From Dehalococcoidia bacterium (GTDB lineage: Bacteria > Chloroflexota > Dehalococcoidia > Plut-88900): a stretch of 64,000 nucleotides of DNA. The stretch lies in assembly GCA_965197645.1 (NCBI GenBank), contig OZ240219.1, positions 1,248,001 to 1,312,000 on the forward strand. Reading direction: 5' to 3'. The notes beneath the pieces are model-generated. The model was not told the DNA's origin. It made no database searches and was given only the letters and a program-made list of their open reading frames with translations. Position 1 is the stretch's first letter. Each line of letters begins with the position of its first letter. Positions 59,516-64,000 of this stretch are shown piece after piece. Made by a program: the position numbers and the translations under genes.

Positions 59516-60676
59516 CTACCGTAGCTCTCCCAGCTCCTGCAGCACCCACTGGTTGAAGACCCACACCCCCTCCTCCTGGGGCATGTAGACGTTGTGCTCG
59601 TGTCGCCGGGACCGTATCCCCTGCTGCTGCCACTCGCAGTTGTCCTTGTCCTGCAGGAAGGTGATGTCCCACAGCTCGTAGGCCTGCTTCACGTCGAAGT
59701 CCTCCCGCTCCATCGTCGAGGGTTGGAACAGCCAATCGTAGGTCATCTCTACGCGGGTGGGACTAATCGGCAGCATCTTCATCGAGTTCACGTAGTCCGG
59801 GTGAATGTTCAACGTGAAGTTGGGCCTTATGCCGCCCGACTGGTACGGGTTGTTACGCTCATCCTCGTTGAGGCCCGGAAAGGGAGGCCGGTTGGTAGTG
59901 CCGTCCAGCGTAAAGGTGACCATCCCCGGCGCCAGATCCAACCTGTACTCCGCTCCCGGTCTGCCATCGGGCTCCCAGGCCGGCTCCTCACTGGGCCACA
60001 GCAGCCCCCGACCGTGCAGCGGGACAACTTTGCAGAGTTCAGGGTGGACGTTGGGGCAGTGCATGCACTCGGCGAAGTTCTCGATGATGATCTTCCAGTT
60101 GGCCTCGATCTCCCGCACGACCCGGTGCCCGATCTTCAGGTCCTCCATGCGGTAGTTCGCGAACTGGGCCGGCATGTCGTCCAGGGTGTGAAGCAGGGGC
60201 GGGGCCTCGTTCCCCTGCAGGTTGACGAACACGAACCCTGCCCACTCGTCCACCGCCACGTCGTAGAGACGGTAGTCCCGCATATCGAAGTCGCCAACCT
60301 CCAGCCGGTTGGGCGTGGCGATGAGCCCACCCTCCAGCGAGTAGGTCCAACCGTGATAGGGACACACGATGGCGCCGCCAGCGAAGTTGCCCTGGGCCTC
60401 GGTGCACAGGATGGAACCGCGGTGCCGGCACGTGTTGTGGAAGGCTCGAAGGTTTCCGTCCCTGTTCCTGGTTACGAAGACGGACTGGTCGCCGATCTTG
60501 ACCACCACGTAGTCCCCGACCGTCGCCACCTCTTCGGTGCGGCAGGCGTATATCCACGACCGGTGCCAGAAGGTGTCCAGCTCACGCTGATAGTGGTCCG
60601 GATCGTAGTAGTAGCTGACGGGGATGCTCTTCTCCGTCTTCTCCAGGTACCGGGGTCCCTCTTTAGACGCCTGCAT
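59516..60676 (-). CDS. Rieske non-haem iron oxygenase alpha subunit (choline/betaine-type)
   Basis: CRHRG...CPYHGW; NWK...ENF.EC.HC...HP; QD...CE.QQ.G. Confidence 0.93.
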   Translation of the reverse strand: MQASKEGPRYLEKTEKSIPVSYYYDPDHYQRELDTFWHRSWIYACRTEEVATVGDYVVVKIGDQSVFVTRNRDGNLRAFHNTCRHRGSILCTEAQGNFAGGAIVCPYHGWTYSLEGGLIATPNRLEVGDFDMRDYRLYDVAVDEWAGFVFVNLQGNEAPPLLHTLDDMPAQFANYRMEDLKIGHRVVREIEANWKIIIENFAECMHCPNVHPELCKVVPLHGRGLLWPSEEPAWEPDGRPGAEYRLDLAPGMVTFTLDGTTNRPPFPGLNEDERNNPYQSGGIRPNFTLNIHPDYVNSMKMLPISPTRVEMTYDWLFQPSTMEREDFDVKQAYELWDITFLQDKDNCEWQQQGIRSRRHEHNVYMPQEEGVWVFNQWVLQELGELR

Positions 60677-60691
60677 CTCTCTCCTCCGGGC

Positions 60692-60820
60692 CTAGGCCCT
60701 CTCGACTGCCGGGACCGCCTCTTCAGCGAAGAGCCGGGCCAGCTCCCTCATATCTTCGAAGGTGACGGCAGCCGTATGCGTCATAATGAAGTACTTGATG
60801 TCCTAGTCGTTCGGCCAGAC
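60692..60820 (-). pseudogene. 3' remnant of a luciferase-like (LLM) oxidoreductase
   Basis: With one frameshift it reads LAERLG/IKYFIMTHTAAVTFEDMRELARLFAEEAVPAVERA*, typical of an LLM C-terminus. Confidence 0.5.
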
Positions 60821-60836
60821 TAGGCACTCCTAACCT

Positions 60837-61289
60837 CTATGTCAACTCGGCCAGCCCGGCCAGTACGTCCCGAACGTGCTTCCCGATCATGATTTCGTTG
60901 TGGTACACGCCCTGGATAGTCCCCGCCTTGTCGATGAGGTAGGTGATCCGGGAGACGCCGAGCCCCCACCGACGCCGCACATCGTACATCCTCATTACCC
61001 CGCCATCGGGGTCCGATGCCAGGTGGAAGGGCAGAGAGTACGACTCCCTGAACCTGGCATGGCTCTCTGTGGAGTCGTTGCTCACGCCTACGACAAGCCC
61101 ATCCCTCTTTTCTATGGCCTCATGGGAATCACGGAGGCCGCACACCTCTCTCGTTCAGCCATAGGTAAAGTCCTTGGAGTAGAAGAACAGGACCACCTTC
61201 TTGGAGCCCCGCCAGTCGGACAGGCGGAAGGTCGTGCCATCATCCTGTACAGCCTCGAAGTCGGGCGCTTCAACGCCTACCTTGAGCAT
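60837..61289 (-). CDS. bcp: Peroxiredoxin BCP/PrxQ, putative selenoprotein (UGA at codon 45)
   Basis: ATG 61289: MLKVGVEAPDF...VVLFFYSKDFTYG-TGA-TREVCGLRD, in frame with ORF 60837-61145 (GVS.D, R.TYLIDK.G); 150 aa. Confidence 0.85.
61116..61139 (-). other. Candidate bacterial SECIS hairpin
   Basis: GGCCUC-CGUGAUUCCCAU-GAGGCC beginning 16 nt after the in-frame UGA. Confidence 0.6.
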
Positions 61290-61390
61290 ATCGCTATGAT
61301 ACCACTCGTCCTTGGTTCCGTTGCCCTCCCGCACAGCGACTGCTTATACTCTGGCCTGCACTGGACCAGCCAGTCAGGGAGGAGCCGGGA

Positions 61391-62551
61391 ATGTCATCCG
61401 GAACCGTTGTAGACGCCGACAGCCACATCCTGGAACCCGCGACTCTGTGGCAAGAATACATGGACCCGGACTTCAAAGACCGGGCCATGCGCATCAGCGT
61501 GGATGACGAGGGCCTGGAGTACCTGGACATCGATGGACGGGTAAGCTCCGGATACAATGGCGGAGTGCTGGGCCGCATAGCCGCCATCGAGAAGGGCCGA
61601 GAATGGATGATGGAGCACACCTTGCTCCCCTACGCCGAGGCCGCTAACCTCGCTCCCGGCGCCGCCGACGCCCACGAAAGGATCAAGCACCTCCAGCGGG
61701 AAGGCGTAGACCGGACCTTCCTCTTCCCTTCGCTCGGCCTCGGCTGGGAGTTCGATATGAAGACCCCGCCCTGTCTGCGGCCTACTGCAGGGCCTACAAC
61801 AGGTGGCTAGTGGACTTCTGCAAACCCTACCCGGACCGGCTCGTGCCCATCGCCCACGTTTCCGTGAGAGATGTCGATGAGGGGGTAAAGGAGCTTGAAA
61901 GGGTTGCCGGTGACGGAATGAGGGGCGGCTTCATCAGCCCAGCCCCTGTCAACGGCATCCGCTACGGCCACGATTACTACGATCCCTTCTGGGCCGCCGC
62001 CCAGGACCTGAACATGCCCATAACCCTCCACGTGGCACTCAATCCCCAATACGTAGGCAGTAATTACTACTCCGACGACCCGGGCCTCGCGCCGGAGCTT
62101 TTCGTCGAGAGTATGCCCTTCGGCGACCCATTCATTGGCTTCACCAACCTGATGGCCGAAGGAGTTTTTGAAAAGTTCTCCAACCTGCGGATCGTCATGG
62201 TCGAGATCGGCGCAACGTGGATAGCCCATTGGCTGGACATCCTGGACTTCCGTTCCGGCCGTTTCGACTTCGAGAGCAACCTCAGAATGAAGCCCAGCGA
62301 GTACTTCACACGTCAGTGCTGGATCAGCGCCGAGCCCATCGAGAAGGGCATAGGCGTAGTTGCACAGATCGTCGGCGTGGACAGGTTCACCTGGGGGCTC
62401 CGATTGGCCTCACCCCGAGGGCCACACCGCCCCTGTGCGAAAGGTCAAGGAGAATATCGCCAATCTTCCCGAGGCCGACCAGCGACGGATCCTCGGCGAA
62501 AACGCCCTGGCCCTCTACCGGATGGACATCCCAGCCCCGACCGCCGGATAG
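61391..62551 (+). pseudogene. Amidohydrolase family 2 gene with two frameshifts
   Basis: DADSHILEP / AYNRWL..FC..YPDRL / WGSDWPHPEG split over three segments; one base missing near 61762 and one extra G in 62393-62397. Confidence 0.85.
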
Positions 62552-62598
62552 CCAGCCGGCTTGTTATTCCGCCCATTGAAGAAGGGACGGACCGGAAG

Positions 62599-63381
62599 CT
62601 AGGCCCCGCCTGATACTTCGATCGTCGCCCCGGACACGTAGCTGGCCTCGTCGGAGCAGAGGAAGGCCGCCACGGCGGCTACCTCTTCGGCCTTGCCCGG
62701 CCGTCCCAGCGGGATCCCCGCGACTTGCTGCTCCTGCTCCTCGTTCGAAAGGTCGTTGTAACGCTGCGCGACCCTGGCGTTCGACTCAGTGAGAATGAAG
62801 CCGGGCATGATGGCGTTGACGGTGATTCCAAAGGGGCCCAGGTCCTTGGCCAGCTGGTTGGTAAGCCCGACGACTCCGGCCTTGGCCCCGGCATAGGGCA
62901 GCCGTGCCGCCGATGGTCCCCTAGGCCCGAAAGTTCCCTTGGCCGACACCGACGAGAAGTTCACGATGCGGCCGCTGCCCTGGGCCTTCATGTGAGGCGC
63001 CACCGCTCGACAGCACAGGAAGGCGCTCTTGAAGTTTCGGTCGGTCACCTGGTCAAGGAGCTCGTCGGTGACGTCCTCGATGTGGTCAATTCCCACGGTG
63101 CCGCTGCCGCCTGCGTTGTTCACCAGAATGTCCACCCGGCCGAACCGTTTCAGCGCCAGGTCCACCATCTTCGCAACCTGGGCCGAGTCGGTAACGTCGG
63201 TCGCAACGCTGGCCAGGTTCTCTGCGGGAGCGTCGAAATCCAAGACGGCCTTCGCCACCTTGTCACCCTGAACGTCGGAGGCCACGACCATCGCTCCACG
63301 CTCCGCAAGCAGGCTGGCAATCGCCTTCCCGATGCCCTGAGCGGCCCCGGTGACTATGGCGACCTTGCCGTCCAAGCTCAT
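62599..63381 (-). CDS. SDR family oxidoreductase
   Basis: TGAAQGIG, NNAG, YAGAK, PG.I. Confidence 0.93.
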   Translation of the reverse strand: MSLDGKVAIVTGAAQGIGKAIASLLAERGAMVVASDVQGDKVAKAVLDFDAPAENLASVATDVTDSAQVAKMVDLALKRFGRVDILVNNAGGSGTVGIDHIEDVTDELLDQVTDRNFKSAFLCCRAVAPHMKAQGSGRIVNFSSVSAKGTFGPRGPSAARLPYAGAKAGVVGLTNQLAKDLGPFGITVNAIMPGFILTESNARVAQRYNDLSNEEQEQQVAGIPLGRPGKAEEVAAVAAFLCSDEASYVSGATIEVSGGA

Positions 63382-63390
63382 CTAATGCGC

Positions 63391-64000
63391 TCAGTTGAAG
63401 TTGTAGACCGCCGCCGCATTGCCCCCGACGATCTTCGCCTTCTCGTCCTCGGGTACGCCCTCGAGAATCTCGTCCAGGATCTGCTTGGACCGGGGGAAGG
63501 TGGACTCGGTGTGGGGATAGTCCGAGCCCCACATCAGATTATCGATGCCTATGGCCTCCCGGTCTCTGATCCCCCGTCCGTCTTCCTGAAAGCTCAGGTA
63601 AACGTTACGATGGAAGAAGTCGCTGGGCAGTGCATCCCCTTTGAACCGCTGCCACGAGTCCCCCCTGGGTGCCCGCTGGGTATAGGTGTAGTCCAACATG
63701 TCGATGAAGTAGGGCGCCCACGCCAACTCGTGCTCCACGGACACTACCTTCAGGTCCGGATAGCGCTCGAACACACCGCCGAAGATGATCTGGGCCAGCG
63801 ACATCCGCACCCAGTAATCGATGTTGGCCAGTGCACCGGGGTGCACGTCGGTCGGGTCGGCGAAGTTCTGCCCGGGCCCGGGCCTGCCCGTGGCGATGTG
63901 TAGGCTAAGGGGCATACCCATCTCCTGTGCCGCGGCCCAGAAGGGTTCGTACTCCGGCCTGGAATAGGGCATATCTTCACTGGGGTAGACGGTGATCATC
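63391..64000 (-). CDS. Amidohydrolase family 2 protein (5' end outside the window)
   Basis: YEPFWAAAQE, LHI, GGVFERYP.L, WGSDYPHTEST. Confidence 0.92.
   Translation of the reverse strand, partial: MITVYPSEDMPYSRPEYEPFWAAAQEMGMPLSLHIATGRPGPGQNFADPTDVHPGALANIDYWVRMSLAQIIFGGVFERYPDLKVVSVEHELAWAPYFIDMLDYTYTQRAPRGDSWQRFKGDALPSDFFHRNVYLSFQEDGRGIRDREAIGIDNLMWGSDYPHTESTFPRSKQILDEILEGVPEDEKAKIVGGNAAAVYNFN

Overview
GC-rich bacterial chromosomal window, most consistent with an aerobic Chloroflexota (Dehalococcoidia/SAR202-like) organism. This placement is inferred from the FtsK and AcpP insertions, the fabG-nusB-acpP order, the F420 genes and several amidohydrolase paralogues. Housekeeping blocks: uvrB; DUF59-apbC; udg-rnj-ftsK-fused accDA; yceD-rpmF-fabD-fabG-nusB-acpP; ruvB; a heterodimeric ABC exporter; an ECF sigma/anti-sigma pair; rimI. 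Metabolic blocks: a split F420 cluster (cofD-cofC and cofE-npdG) enclosing an unusual dehydrogenase/FGGY kinase/class II aldolase module; a complete A1-type cytochrome c oxidase locus whose subunit II carries two c-haems; a FadF-like Fe-S oxidoreductase next to acyl-CoA genes; an HTH regulator coupled to chdC. The right end is an accessory and decaying region with small orphan genes, gene remnants and a frameshifted amidohydrolase. Signals the ORF track misses: (1) a BCP peroxiredoxin with UGA at the peroxidatic Cys and a downstream SECIS-like hairpin; (2) a long structured leader or possible 6S-like RNA with an anti-SD switch upstream of udg-rnj; (3) a modular palindromic repeat family at eight gene 3' ends, including a 164-bp tandem array; (4) six 87-bp repeats inside ftsK; (5) Rex-like and direct-repeat operators; (6) rpmF. 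No rRNA, tRNA, CRISPR array or intact transposase was seen.
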